Shown: positions 25,701 to 39,534, numbered from the stretch's first letter. The stretch is DNA of 64,000 bases from Botryllus schlosseri (GCA_051294905.1 CM119371.1:2668001-2732000), one strand, 5' to 3'. Notes: a model not told the origin generated them from the letters alone. Made by a program: numbers and translations.

Positions 25701-26741
25701 ATAATTCTCCCAAGAATATGAGATCTGCTTGGTCCGAACACAGGAAGTAATCATGCATTGAAGTAACGCAATACTGCCGAATATCAACTTTACTATTGCA
25801 CATTAGCGGAGGTTGTCAGTAACCAACTACTTCTACTTTTTCCAAGTACAAAAGTACGTTTTACTCACTTTCAATACTAAACGAAGTAGTTATTACTTTA
25901 GACTACTTTTACTTCTATTCGACAACTGTCATTTTTTCAGCAAAACTAGGATTGATGTGAAAAGTATGTTGCGACTCGATGTGAAATGATGCATGACAGC
26001 GCTATTATATTCTTGCAGAATAAATAAAGCTTTTTTTTCCACGAAGCTACGTGTGATGCACCGTGTGTAAACGTTATGATATCACTATCAGACATCACAT
26101 CAGCTGTTTTATATTAATTTAATTATTACAAAGATCGCGTCACAATATTTCTAAGCTGTTGTTTGAAACCGGATGTGCATGAGAATGGATCGACGATGTA
26201 ATGAAAGGATAAATCTCAACTCTCATTTTAGAAAGGTCAGACTTCGCAACATCTACTCACCTCCAATAAAAATTGAAGTCGAGTCGCTTCCAGGCATCCG
26301 TTTCTCGGCGCACTGAAATAAGAAATAAGTTATATAGCTTAATATGCTTGTTAGCAAAAGATGTATGCATCCTATGAATTGTGCTCTGTTGCTGAGCCTA
26401 ATGCGTAATATCTGAAACAGTCATCAGGCTCAAAGAGAGTTGAAATAATCAAAAATATAAATGAATTGTGTCCTACGATACATGGTGGTTTAGTTATGGT
26501 AGGTAGACGTACGCAACTTGCGCTTATCTACTATTTTAAATCCGAATCCTATTCCTGATGATACATTCAAATCCAAGTACAAATCCAAATTTTATTTTGT
26601 CCCGCGTTTATATCTACGTCCAATTCGGTAATGGCTGGAACTTGATCAAAAAGTCGCATGAAAATGAAAGTTACGTGAAATTCTATGTCAAAGTATGGAT
26701 GAAAATCCATCTTCGAATGAATCATAAACCATTATCTAAAG

Positions 26742-27122
26742 CAGTGGTTCCCAATGTCAGCGATATCGCCCCCCAGGGACCGATTTGACGGTCTAGGGGG
26801 GCGAAAATGACGAAGGGAGCGATAGGGCGCGAAAATGGACAAAGGGGGCGAAAATAGCGAAGGGGACGATGGCGCGTTAGAACGGATATATTGGAGTAAA
26901 GTCGCAGAAATGACATTTTTTTAGTCAACCCACGACAATTTAGCTGCAAAAGTGTAAAACTTCGATATCGAGCCAAAAAGTTGCCTTTTTTTATTCAACC
27001 CGCCGGTGATTGATTAGGCTACAGTCTGTATGCCCATTTTTCGGTTCACAAAATTTGGGGGGCGATGATCGGTGTGGTGCTTGAAAAGGGGGCGATGAGT
27101 CGAAAAAGGTTGAGAACCACTG
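26742..27122. mobile_element. hAT-Charlie-type MITE
   Basis: TIR CAGTGGTTCCCAA...TTGAGAACCACTG; perfect TSD ATCTAAAG. Confidence 0.9.
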
Positions 27123-28636
27123 ATCTAAAGCCAGGCAAAAGAGATGACAAGTGACCTCAATATCATAGAGATGCATAGAGTGGATTCGTAAAATCGTGAA
27201 ATTATTTGTTATAGTTTCCGTTCAAAAGCGATGGCTTTCGAAGGGGACATTGTTGTGGCCAAAATGTTTTTCACACTCTCCACTTTCATTTCAGAAAACA
27301 TTATATATAGAGCGCAGTGTCGTTTCAATGTGTTATAGTTATGTCAGTGGGCAGTGAAATGAGAAATTACACACAATATGATGCCCCGGCAGTGGAATGC
27401 ATATTACGTATATCCAATCCAATTAGATATGGGAATGAGTGAAAGTAACTCTAATCCATTTGTGAAACATTCCCTGCAATATGCAGCTAATTATTTACGT
27501 ATTGTCAATCGATTCAAATCGCTAAATTCATATTCGATTTATGTTTGCATAGGTTCCACGTTCTGTGAGATACTTTCACATAACGAATATGAACTGGCAT
27601 ATTCGTTTTCGTATCAAAGGTAAATCGAACAAAGTAATCCCGAATGCTATTTTAAGATTTATAGTTCTTGATTAGTTTGGACAAAACGATTTCGGAATTA
27701 ATGCAATGTTGTTGATTATAATTCAGTTCTACCTAAAAGAATGCACCATGTAGAACAACTGAACTTCCCGATGATGAAATTATTGGTATCAACACCAATA
27801 TAAAAAGTGGGATGCTGTAAAACATAAAACCACGAAGCCTGCAGAGAGGTGATCAGTAACGAAGTAATTCTACTTTATCAGACTACTCAAGTAGTGCTGT
27901 CTACTTGCATCGTCTAATCAAGGGGTTGTCATTTTAGACTACTTCTGTTTCTACTTCTTGTCACAGTTGTTAGTCAAAACTACTTACTTTATACTATATT
28001 GATTTTGAAAAGTATCGAGTTGTTCATAGCTCCGTATTCGTCACCGTTTTCAGTGGAATTCTTATATGAGCCGCCTTAAATAGCCCATGTACCACGGTGA
28101 CTGCATGAACATATTTTCAGAGATTCCACTCACTTGCAGTGTCATTTAGTCATTTTGCATTAGCCGCGAATATATATCCTGCAATTTTAAAAGCAGATAT
28201 CTCCTATAAACTGCTAAAAGTATGCGGCCCTTCGACCAAATATACTTTTTGAAACTACTTATTTCATTACATTTCAGACTGATACATTTTCTACTTCCAC
28301 CTCAAGTCAATTTGTGATTTCTTAGAAATTCCTACTTCTACTTGTATATCAGCAGCAGCTTACGGCGCTATTTATCGTTCTGCATGGGTCTACTTTGTTT
28401 ACCTCTAATCATTCATGAACTCGTGTTAGTAACTCTCATAACTCGTATTAAGTATGGGATATTGAATGAAACTAAAATTCATGAATACCGTCCGTTATCA
28501 CATAACCCTGATAACGACACTACGTCATGTATGAAACTAAAGCCTCATGATTTCTAGCGTTAGTAACGAATTGGACCTTAATTGACCATTTCATTCAACG
28601 TGATCGCGCCTATTTAATTTACCTAATAAAACGGAT

Positions 28637-28858
28637 CTAAGATACGATGCAACCAAACAATGACTCACAGTATAAAACTTCCAACTCAGTATCTAGATTA
28701 TTTACAATCTTCTGGACTTTCTGTAATTCATCTCCTTTCAACATATCATCTTGTTCGTAGTATATCAATGTTACTTTCTTCAAATTGGAGTTGTTGACGA
28801 GAGACGAAATGTCATCGAGTGGAACAGTATACCATAATATGCATCGGATATATTCGAT
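28637..28858 (-). CDS. Probable terminal LRR-like exon (NLR-related)
   Basis: Acceptor ctcactgcag, phase 0, open to a stop codon: IEYIRCILWY..LKKVTLIY..LEVLYC..VS*. Its link to the NACHT exon is not demonstrated. Confidence 0.45.
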   Translation of the reverse strand: MEYIRCILWYTVPLDDISSLVNNSNLKKVTLIYYEQDDMLKGDELQKVQKIVNNLDTELEVLYCESLFGCIVS

Positions 28859-29190
28859 CTGCAGTGAGAAATTATGACTAATAATATTGTGTATTACAAT
28901 GATGCTTACCACTATTGTTGACCTTTACACCAGGGACCATAATGTAATACAATATACTTTGGATCACCAGTTTTAACGGTTTAGTGTGGCCCGCTAGGCG
29001 TTTCTGAAAAATTGGCCTTGTTATCCGACACATTTCAAATACATGTCGAGATTTCTAGTCGGAAAAACCTCCATTTTCTCAAGACAGAAAATGTCGAGCA
29101 TTTTCTGTTAAGGTAAAATTATAACCATCCGACCGTGCTGTTGAGGTTACACTGTAGTCACCATCAGAAACAAGTCACTGCCATTGACAC

Positions 29191-31087
29191 TAGTGTTACC
29201 ATACGTCCTCTTTTCTGACTTTTTTTCGAAAGTGTTCTAGGAGCAGTAGGGGTGTTAAAAAAAGACTTGTTTTAAATTTCATCGGCTTAGTTGTCAAATC
29301 GTCCGGTTACCTAAAAAATGTTACACACCAAATTTGACTCAATTCCAACCAGCAGAAACCGGGTTCACTCAAATTAAAATTTAGGTTATTTTTGAAATAA
29401 TAGTATTTACGGTGACCAATTTTGTCACACCGACATGACCGAAAATCGTGTTCCAGGTATGTTTGAAAGAGGCAGGGATGTCTTTCCACTTGTTTTGATC
29501 TTGATACGGGCCTAGAGTGGGGTTTCCATGAAGACATCGCCAGTAATCGAAAAGAATATATGAGACGAACTACCCGGAAATTGGCATGAAATAGACATGT
29601 CAAAACGATGGTGAGATAATTTTCAAATAGAGTAGGCCTACTTTACACACAGAAATTAACGACCACTAAAAGAAAATGAACTGGTAAGCAGGTAAAATCC
29701 AGGTCAATATATTTCTCAATTGATTTATTTCTTGGTTGGTCAATGTAAATTTCTTCTCGATACCATCTGATATTATATATTTTACTATTTGCTCAGCACC
29801 ACTCCTACAGTACTATCACAGGCGAATTATAAGACTTATGGGCACCGTGACAGATCTTTTTCTTATCAAAAGTTATCGTACTCTATTCATGTCATCGTCC
29901 TCCTCCATATTCAGATTACTATAACCTAATTGTATCCATATATCGTGGTAAAACAGCAATGCCTTTTATGACTTTATGACAAGGGGGTCCTGGTGATATT
30001 GAAAGACCAGAAAATGACTAATGTGCTTTATAAGCTCACTGGGCTACCATTTGGTTTCACCGAATCTCGCATATGTGAAGTATCAGAAATGTTTTTTCAA
30101 CTCATAAATACTATTCAGTGGCCTAGCCCATTCTGAATTGCAATCGGTACCATTTTCAACACCCTGGATCAGTCAATGTCAAACAGCAGAGAAACATTCG
30201 AACACTGAGCTGCAGAGGAATGCAACTGATGTCTCAGTGGATGATGTTTCGGGAATGGCGACGTTGCAATCAGTAAAAACTTTTAATCAAGGCAGAGAGT
30301 ATGCCCTGCATAAATGAGATAGATTTCGAGAAATCTAAATTTGTCTGACGAAAAATGCTTCTAGATATGACTATCACTTGACAAATATATTACCTGTATT
30401 TTACCTGCTTGTCAGTTCATTTTATTTTCGTGGTCATTAATTTTCGTGTATTAAGTACTCTATTTAAAAATTATCTCAACATCGTTTTACCATGGACCAA
30501 TTTCCAGGTAATCCGTATCATATATTATTTTTCGTTCATTGACGAAGTCTTCATTCAAACCCCACCCCAGGACCTTTTCAAGATCAAAACAAGTGGAAAA
30601 GACATCCCCGCCACTTCGGGCAGACCTGGAACACGATTATTGGTCATGTTGGTGTGACGAGATTGGCCAACGTAAATACTATTATTTCAAAAATGACTGG
30701 TTGGAATTGAGTCAAATTTGGCGTGCAACGTTTTCTTAGGTACCCTGGCGATTTGACAACCAAGCCAATGAAATTTGAAAAACAAGTTTTTTTTACAACA
30801 CCCCTAAGGAGCAAGCTCAAATGACCTCTTTTTGAGGATTTGTCCTCTTTTTTAAAAAAAACTTTGCTAATATGTATGTGAAAATTCAACTGAGAAATTT
30901 GAAATAAGAACTGACGTAACGTGACAGGTCTTTTGGTAGTTGAGCCAGAAAGGTGACCTTTTTTACCCAACCAACTACACCCTTGAAATAAATTTGCCAA
31001 TTTTTTCAAATTTCACTCCTGTATTGCAAGTCTGAATTTTTTTCGAAAGGTGTCCTCTTTTCAGATTCCCAAAATATGGTAACCCTA
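29191..31087. mobile_element. hAT-type MITE interrupted by a nested foldback
   Basis: TAGTGTTACCATA...TATGGTAACCCTA; degenerate TSD ATTGACAC/GTCGACAC; a related end lies at ~17860-17921. Confidence 0.6.
29247..30806. mobile_element. Foldback element with ~450-bp TIRs (TAGGG termini, 8-bp TSD)
   Basis: TAGGGGTGTT...AACACCCCTA; TSD AGGAGCAG/AGGAGCAA; arm sequence related to 36214-39390 and 43261-43575. Confidence 0.8.
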
Positions 31088-31741
31088 GTCGACACTCAAT
31101 TCTGAGAAGACGAAAAAGTGCTCAGTGAGTTCACAGTTTCATGCAAAAACGGATCACAAAGTAGTTAGCTGCAGAAGTGGATAATAGAAATATGACAACA
31201 AAATATAATTTAAATATAAGTTTACGGTTAAATCTCCTGTATTCCTGACAACGCTTACACAGAATTGTCAGATTCCGACTAAAATAAAGCAAGCATAGCA
31301 ATTCGCCAACGTATATCATCGGTCGGACCATTCATCGTAATATCACCAATTCGGTTGTTTGCGAATAATAAAGGTATTGTGGAATAGAACCAGATGCCCG
31401 TGATTATTATAATGCGTTCAGCTTTATACCCAATTATTCAAGTGAAAAACAAGGGCATGGATTTTAAGAAAATATTTTGGATTCATTTGACTGTCCCGGC
31501 CCGCGAGTGCTCTGAAAGTTTGAATCCGACCCGCGACGCCAGTTGAGTTTGACACCCCTGCTTTAGATGAACAAATTAACAGGAATCACGAACTCCGCAA
31601 CTGCGGTGGATATCTCCGCATGGAATAGAACTTAATTCATGTGGATGGGACTCGTACTGTGCGGCAGAAGATAAACGTGCGATGTTGGGAGAAGACCGTT
31701 CTATATATCTAATGCAAATAAAACTGGATAATACGTACTAC

Positions 31742-31909
31742 CTTCTTTTGCTGACAAGCTTCTAACGTTTTCCTGAACTTATCTGCTGTATCAATGTAAA
31801 ACATGGCATGGATATTGCCAAAAACGGAAATTACTGTCCTGCGCTCCAAAATTCGGCTGTAATCCTGTACAGGTATCAGGCCATCCACGACAATATCCAG
31901 AATATCCAA
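31742..31909 (-). CDS. Probable internal LRR-like exon (168 nt, phase 0-0)
   Basis: ttttag|LDILDIVVDGL...FRKTLEACQQKK|gtagta; open frame of 56 codons, similar in size to NLR LRR exons. Confidence 0.5.
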
Positions 31910-34900
31910 CTAAAATGCGAAAAACAGTTATTCCCAGACTTTAAGCTAGCCCGCCGAAGAGATGATTGGGTTCGAAGTCATATAAAATGATAGGTGAATA
32001 TAAATGCGTTTAAAAATACTTTGGGAATAGAATCAGGAATCATACTTGATACTTTTTCCAGCAAGTCTCAATCAGCAACCAATCGACGTTTTCTTTTTTT
32101 GTGCAATCGAGCAGGATCTTGCTTATCTGAACACAATATCAGTTTCATTAGGTAATATGACGTAGTTGCCTCGATGTTCTCCCATTTGAATAAATATTCA
32201 TATTGGTAAAGTTCAATACTGATTTACTAGAATTCTTCGGTTCTCCATATTGCATATGCTACATCGGTTTCAGTCTCAGTCCAGAGTATGATTTCTTTTT
32301 AAATATACTTATGAATATTCTATCCATTGTACAAACGTATAATATAGAAGGTGGTAGACAAACTTGTCACCGTCGGTACTCAAGTAGAACTAAAATTAGC
32401 GATAAACGATAAGGTAAAATATAATCATTGTAGGCCTAGTTTTGCGTAAAAATGAAATCTGCCAAATAGAAGTAGTGTGAAATCTTAACCACTTGAGTAC
32501 GTCAGACAAGTAGGATAAATCTACCTGAAGTACTACGACAAGTAGAAGTACTTTGTTACTGATCACCTCTAGATAAATGTTGTAAGGAACGCTGGATAGC
32601 CTATGTAACGATGTCGCTTATGTTTACGCAAAGGTTGAATTTTACTCGAACAGTTAAACATATTGGAAACTGCGTTAAAAACTGGCACGGACAGAAGCAT
32701 ACCCTATTTTAAATTTCAAACACCTGCTTTTGAAACCTAGATTTGGAGCAGGTATTGTTGCTTTTCACCTTAGACTACCACCAATGCTTGATCGCACATT
32801 ACGAGATGATCAGTAACAATCTGCTTCTACTTCTTAAAAGTCTGTGGTTAAAATAACGGCTTCACTTATGAAATTGATGCAAAATTATGCCTGAAAGGGG
32901 CACTGCACTCTAAAAATGATGTGGTCTCAAATTGAAGGGCAAAACGAAAATAAATTTGGCCGAAGCCATTTTCTTCAGAACGCCACCGTAATGGAGCTGC
33001 AATTTATTGAAATGTCCACAGGACCTTCACGCTCCACATGCTATGCAGAGATCGAACTTGATATAGTTGTCGGCCAATGTTTTGAAGGAAAGTATGTCGT
33101 AAACGTCAATGTGGTAGATACCGCGCTCAACGGAAGATGCTCAGTCGGGAGATTTATGTCAAAATCGGGCTAGTGTATTCTATTCCTTTAGGACAGAAAT
33201 AAATCATGTCTAACGATTGTTTATACATAAACGATGTTTTATGTATAAGAATAGGACATGATTAAAGACTACTTTCACGCTAACTTACTTACTTTTCACG
33301 GATTGCATTTTGAGAAATAAAAAGTAGTTTTGCGTTACGTTTGTATCACTGTGATGCGTGAAACCGTTTCAAGAAATCGCAACAGACATCATGGTAGAGG
33401 TTGAATCTAAGTTCCAATATTATACAAAATTGCAATAATAATCATTTTTAGTTACTCGCAGAAACGCATCTTGTAATTTACAAAGTACCCGCTAGCGATG
33501 AATCACCAAACACTTACGAACCATTGACCAAAACTACTTTTCGAAACTCAAGTACTGACTTACAAAGGTACTTTTCAAACTTGTCACTTTCTGCCTCCAC
33601 TTGAAGTAGTTTTACCACATCGTGGAAGCATCTATTTCTACATATAATTGCATATAAAATTAAAACATTACTTCTACTCCTTCACGATTATCTAGGCTGA
33701 CTACTTTCACCACATCTACGTACAATCGTGACTCGACTCGCTATACTAGAGATGCAAGGAGAGTAGAAATTGAGAATGGAAGTTTTTGTCGAACAGTGAC
33801 GAGTGGATTTGAAATTTCAAAATTCAAATCCTCTTCAAATCCAGAATTAATTTTGTGTTAACTCCAAGTCCAAATCCGATAATGGCTGAAATTTGTCCAA
33901 AAGTATCATGGAAATTGAACAATATCAGAAAATCTTTTACAATAATATTATAGGAAATGTATCCAACACCTTGTTTAATTTAAACTCAGGCAACTTCTGC
34001 AAATCATCCTGCTTGGCCAACAGTTGTATTTGTTCTTTAAAATTGATAAATTCAGCATCAAAAAGTATTCCAAGAAATGCAACGTCTGCTACGGCATGAA
34101 CCCGGTTGAACGATAGATCGGAATCCTGCAAAATAAAAACGTCAGTTACGTCACGTTCTGCACCAATAAGAAACACTCAGAAGCACGCTCATACATGAGC
34201 AGATTATTTTTGCTACTTAAGTCTAGTGCGGGTGAAGCGATGGCCATGATGCTTGTCCGTTGGAAAATGCGATGTAACATAAACATTTAGAATGGACTTG
34301 ATAATGAAAATACAGTGGCGACAACTTGTTTATAATTTTATCATGTAAAAACTCTTTACTTATAAAATCAGCAGAAGTTGTTAGCTTACTATTCTCAACA
34401 AAAGCATCTCGTCTTCATGATGCTTAAGATTACGTCATAATCTACATCGTGGCTATACTACACCGCAAGGTCATCGTTGTACGTGCCTAGTGTAGCTGAC
34501 AGCTCTGTACAGTAAAGTCAGTGAGAGGAGCGAAAATTCATTCCAATCATTATTATGGACTCGCTGTCGAAGTTGATTCATCTTGATATCAAACCTTGAT
34601 GATGAAACGACCACTAGCTGAGTGACTTATCTCGATGACATCTTCTTCGTTCTTCAATTCAACATCCCATCCATCTACAGACAGCTGGACAACCTGAATA
34701 TAATCCAGATGTGAAACTTGAGATTGTGCATCGTATCGATCATCCACCATCCATTGTTGGGTCATATCTTACATACAGTGACGACCGCAGCATCACAGAT
34801 CATCATGTGCTATACTTCATCGACACGGGTCACAGATTTTACTGACGTTTTTGCCGGTGGTGGCATTTTGCTACTTTAGTGGCTCGATATCTCTAAAAAT

Positions 34901-35190
34901 GCTCGTTTATATGAGGTAAGAAGTATGATGGCGGAATCCGTGGAAAAAGTATAAGTATTGAGACGAATATATTTTGGGCAATATAGTTGACCATTAATCA
35001 AATCGTGAGCACCCGGAACCGTATTACTGCATTGACACGAATTCATGAGCTATTTTCGTCTTTTTAATCGTTGCGCAAAAATGGATAGTTTCCTTTTGTG
35101 AGCATGTAAATCGGAATTACTCTATGGACATCATAGTGACTCCTCTATTACAAGGGAGATGAAACACTGCAGTTAAGACGCTGTTATAAC

Positions 35191-35699
35191 TAGGGCTGGG
35201 CACAATGGTTCGAGTGCTCAAATCTGAATCGACTATTAATTTTAATGATTCAAGCCGAGTAGTAAAAGTTGATTTTGTCAAGTACCGAAATTGTGCGTTC
35301 GTCGACACTGAAAGTAACTTTATTGACAAAAATTGTAGTTTTGACAGTATTTGTCACTTTTGAAGCCTTGAAATCACGATTGGTTGCATGGCAGCATATC
35401 AAACATATTGTACAAAGCTATGAACGTTACTGGAATACCATGTTTTCAAAGTCATGATCATGGCCCAAAATTGCCACAAACTGCAATGAAATTGGTATGT
35501 TCGAAAAAAATACCGAAGTATCTTTATTGTGATGCATAACAACAGGCATTATATTATTTAAGGTGACATAAAACGTACATATTTGAACTTTTACATATAA
35601 CATTCTTTTATGACGTCATAACGAATAATCGGCTCAACTCTAAGCTTTATATGTGATTTAGAATCAAATCACTCAGATACTCGATTTTTCCCAGCCCTA
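35191..35699. mobile_element. hAT-type MITE
   Basis: TAGGGCTGGG...CCCAGCCCTA; TSD GTTATAAC/GTTATAAT. Confidence 0.8.
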
Positions 35700-36407
35700 G
35701 TTATAATCAGTGAATAATATCGCTATGCAATGTCAAAGTCATTGTGTTGACCTGAAAGACAGATGCGCACTTCGTTGATTAGGAGTAGTAATATTCTGTT
35801 GCGCACTAATTCATGTCGACATGCACACTCCAGAATTTTGACGATGCTGAAAAAAACTTTTTATTTACGCGAAGCATTTTGTAGGGGCACGCGCCGTTTG
35901 CTTACTTAAATGTCACATAATTTTTCAAAATATGGATGAACAATCCGATCATCGCCAGCCTGGCTGGTATCGATCACACCAATATCAAATTTCATTACAT
36001 TGCATTCATTTCATTCATTGTCAGTGTAGTAGAAAGTTGATTTTTGTTGATGAGGTCATGACATTACCTTAGCGCTCTTATTGCTACCACTACTTTACAT
36101 AATCCCCCATTTCACCAAATTCGATTGCATAGCTCGATATTAATGACACAGTGCGGATATTAAAACATCATATCAGTGGGTAAATACTCTACGGCTTCGG
36201 GATGAAAGCAGAGTAGGACTGTTAAAAAAATTCTTCAGAATTAAATGGCTATGTTGTAAAATTGTTAGGTTGGTTGAAACAACGCTGTAAACCAAATTTG
36301 GCTTCAAGTCCAACCAGTAGAAGCAAGATTATTGCTGTAAAAAGTTTTGAATTTATAATTAAAAAAAATTCAAAGTTTTTCTTTCAACCCCATAAAATTG
36401 TAAGGTA

Positions 36408-38715
36408 TATATAAATATCGACTTTTCAATTAGATAAAATAAAAAAAGGGCAAAAGAAAACGGGAGACAAAAAGAACATAAGATAATCAGTTTTGGGCTC
36501 GTGTTAAGCGTCTCCAACGTGGGCGGTCGTGAGCGTCTTCAAGCGAAAGCCCGCGTTGCGCTAGATCAGTCTCCATTGTCGAGCGCCATGTTCTCCGATT
36601 CCAGTCATCTCTGCGCCATGGCTCCGTGGGAATGTGATTAATGATGGCGGCGGCTGGTTGCTCGTCTTGGTGCCGCACTAGATGGCCGATTAGACGGAAG
36701 CGTCGTTCAGCTGCCAGTAGACGGCATGGGACCGTTCCGCTGAGTTCTCGCAATGCGTTCGTGGATATATGCTCCGGATGGTGAATGCCGAGTGCATAGC
36801 GGAGGAGTGCGTCATAGTTAGCGTTGAGCGTCTTCGCCAGCTTCTCTGTCAGCGTGAGTGCCTCTATTCCGTAGAGAAGAACCTGCTCGACAGTGGTACG
36901 GAAGATGCGGGTCTTGAGCTGGGTTGAGGCACTTGAATGGAAGAGGCTATGTAGCCGTCTTGCCGCGCCCCAGGCCTTTGCTCGCCTCGCCTTGAGCGCT
37001 TTTCCAGAGTCAGCGACGTCAATACCGAGGTATACAAAACTCGTTACATACTTGAGATCGATATCTCCGAGTCGAATTGGTGTCGCGTTCTCCGGTAGAG
37101 CTGGTATGGCCAGAACCTCAGTCTTCTTAGCGTTGATCTGGAGGCCAACAAGAGCGGCGTCGGCCTCTAGCTGGTTAATGAGGCGCTGTGCCGATGCGGT
37201 TTTCGGGGCAAGCAGGGCTAGATCGTCTGCGTAGGCAAGAATACCAACGTGGATTGCCTCGCGAGTCGTACGCGTGCGCGTTCCTTGCCGTGGCCGCCAT
37301 TCAAAGAAGTTCGTAGTATCCGGGAAGGCCGTTCGTAGCACGAAGTCAAGGATGACCACGAACAAGAATGGTGCCAGGGTGTCATCTTGAAGCACACCAG
37401 CCGAAGTGTTGAAATCTCCGCTTGGGCCGTCATCTGTTCGGACTCGCGCTCGTGTGTCAGTGTAGAGGGCCATAATGGCGTACGTTATCACCTCAGGAAT
37501 TCCATAGAATCTGAGGATCTCCGCCATGGCTGGGCGCGAGACCGAGTCGAAGGCTTTCGCGAAATCAACGAAGACGGCCACAACATTCTTTTTGTGTGAG
37601 CGGCAGGTGTCAATGATTGTGCGCAGTGCCAGGATGTGCTCTGTTGTACCGCGAGATGGTCGAAATCCATTCTGAGCATTCAGGAGCTTGGTAGAGAGTT
37701 GCTCACGTATGCGGAGGAGCAGTACTCGGTCGAACAGCTTGGCAGCGGTCTGCATCAGGGAGATGCCTCTGTAGTTCGCTGGGTCACTCGCAGCGCCTTT
37801 CTTGTAGATAGGGACGATTTCGCTCTCGAGCCACTCGGGGGGCACCGGGCCGCCTTCGAGGACGCCATTCATGACGTCGAGGAGCACAGGTGCCACGCCC
37901 GAGGTGTAAGAAGCCGTTGGGATGCCGTCCGTGCCGGTGGCCTTGAATTGTGGTACTCCACGAAAGGCTGTCTTGAGCTCACCTAGCGTGATCAGGGTTG
38001 TATTGATCGCTAGAGGATTTGCTGCTAGTGAAGGCGGTGCAACGAGCACATCGATGTCCGGTGCAGGTGTAGATAACAGGGTCTCGAAGTGTGCTGCGAG
38101 GTCTTCCGTACAAGCCTTCACGCGGGTCCTCTTGAAGCCAACTAATTCACCGATGGCTTTCCAGGCTGCTCTTGATCGGCCTGCTTCCAACTCATTTTCC
38201 ACGGAAAGGGCAATAGCTTCGACTCGTTCCTTGCGAGCTGCGTCGTAAACGTTTGTTAGGTACCGAGCTGCCGCGTTAGCATCGCTATGTGCGTCCAGTG
38301 TTCCAGATGTGTACGCAGCACGTCTGAGAGTCTTGAGGTTAGGGCGCGCACTGAGCACTGTCGGGTCGGATTCCCAGGCTAATCTTGGCCGTGGCTTGCT
38401 ACGGGCCTCACCGAGCGTTTCACGGGCTGCATCCTTTACTGCTGCTACAAGTGGCGCAAAGGCGGTCGGTATAGTATTTTGGATCTCGAGGGCACGGAGT
38501 GTGTGCGTGGTAAAGACATTCATCTTATTTGCGTCCTTAAGATCGAACCGATTTAGTAGTGGCTCTTTCGGTGTGCGCTTCGGGACGAACGGGAGGCGTT
38601 CGCGAAGCGTGGCCAGCACCAGGCGATGGTCACTCCTGATCGTTAGCATGCGCACCGTTCGGCAGTTCGTGAAATGGCGCCGTGCGGGAGCATTGCAGCA
38701 GATATAATCCAGCCG
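36408..38715 (-). mobile_element. 5'-truncated non-LTR retrotransposon (RTE-like LINE)
   Basis: 10-bp TSD TTGTAAGGTA (36398-36407 and 38716-38725); short T-rich 3' UTR with a (TA)n end; single ORF. Confidence 0.9.
36487..38715 (-). CDS. LINE ORF: C-terminal end of AP endonuclease + reverse transcriptase (partial)
   Basis: LDYI..SDHRLV (end of APE); PIYKKG..NYRGISL, QNGFR, FVDFAKAFDSV, GVLQDDTLAP, YADD, FVYLG. Uninterrupted but lacks its N-terminus. Confidence 0.92.
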   Translation of the reverse strand, partial: RLDYICCNAPARRHFTNCRTVRMLTIRSDHRLVLATLRERLPFVPKRTPKEPLLNRFDLKDANKMNVFTTHTLRALEIQNTIPTAFAPLVAAVKDAARETLGEARSKPRPRLAWESDPTVLSARPNLKTLRRAAYTSGTLDAHSDANAAARYLTNVYDAARKERVEAIALSVENELEAGRSRAAWKAIGELVGFKRTRVKACTEDLAAHFETLLSTPAPDIDVLVAPPSLAANPLAINTTLITLGELKTAFRGVPQFKATGTDGIPTASYTSGVAPVLLDVMNGVLEGGPVPPEWLESEIVPIYKKGAASDPANYRGISLMQTAAKLFDRVLLLRIREQLSTKLLNAQNGFRPSRGTTEHILALRTIIDTCRSHKKNVVAVFVDFAKAFDSVSRPAMAEILRFYGIPEVITYAIMALYTDTRARVRTDDGPSGDFNTSAGVLQDDTLAPFLFVVILDFVLRTAFPDTTNFFEWRPRQGTRTRTTREAIHVGILAYADDLALLAPKTASAQRLINQLEADAALVGLQINAKKTEVLAIPALPENATPIRLGDIDLKYVTSFVYLGIDVADSGKALKARRAKAWGAARRLHSLFHSSASTQLKTRIFRTTVEQVLLYGIEALTLTEKLAKTLNANYDALLRYALGIHHPEHISTNALRELSGTVPCRLLAAERRFRLIGHLVRHQDEQPAAAIINHIPTEPWRRDDWNRRTWRSTMETDLAQRGLSLEDAHDRPRWRRLTRAQN

Positions 38716-39534
38716 TTGTAAGGTAATCAGTAGTGATGATGCATACCAAATTTGGCTCAATTCCAACCGCTACGAACGAAGTTATTGCCGTAGTAAAATT
38801 TCCAATTCCATGATTTTATAGGAAATAATTATAGCTTTTAATACAACATCCACTGTAGTACAATATTTAAACTCAAATACTTTTCGGCACTCTAAAGGGA
38901 TGTAAATGGATTTAGAAGCAAAACCAAATCTGTTTAACTTCCTTCAGTGTGCCGTCAACTCTTGAAAGAGGCAACAAAAAAGTCTTCGAGTTTAATAAAT
39001 ATTCTACTACAATAGATTTTGAATTGAAAGCTATAATCAAGTTTTGAATCACGAATCAGCTATTTGAATAAATAATTAGAGAGTTTGCTACCGTAAAATT
39101 ATTTTATTCATGTCCAAATTTTTTTTCACTGCAATAACTTCGCTTCTAGTGGTTGGAATTGAGTCGCATTTGGTGTACATCGTCTCTACTGACAGCCCAA
39201 CAATTGTACGTTGTTGACAGAAAAATTTTAAAATTTAATTTTTTAACGATCAATCACAAAACTTTCTACTGTAAGAAAATCGCTTCTACTGGTTGCAATT
39301 GACCCAAAATTGGCGTGCAGCGTTATTTTCGCCAACCTAACAATTTTATAACATAGCCGAAGAAATCTGAAGGTTTTTTGAACAGCCCTAATGCAGAGAA
39401 TGCATGTATAATGCTTTCTATCACGGCCCTGGCGTCACCAATCACGTGCGATTGTCACGTCACAAGTCTCCACATACCTACATAAAATTATAGTGGCTTG
39501 TTAGTACACAACTAAATCATAGAATCGATCTCAC

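Larger units (their letters stand above)
36214..39390. mobile_element. Foldback element (TAGGG family) split by a LINE insertion
   Basis: TAGGACTGTT...AACAGCCCTA; inverted arms; TSD AAGCAGAG/ATGCAGAG. Confidence 0.75.

Noticed and set aside
36893..38707. Several 70-130 aa plus-strand ORFs
   Set aside because: Antisense shadows of the GC-rich LINE ORF.
38716..38766. First ~17 codons of the 759-aa ORF as the LINE start
   Set aside because: They lie in the TSD and flanking foldback DNA.
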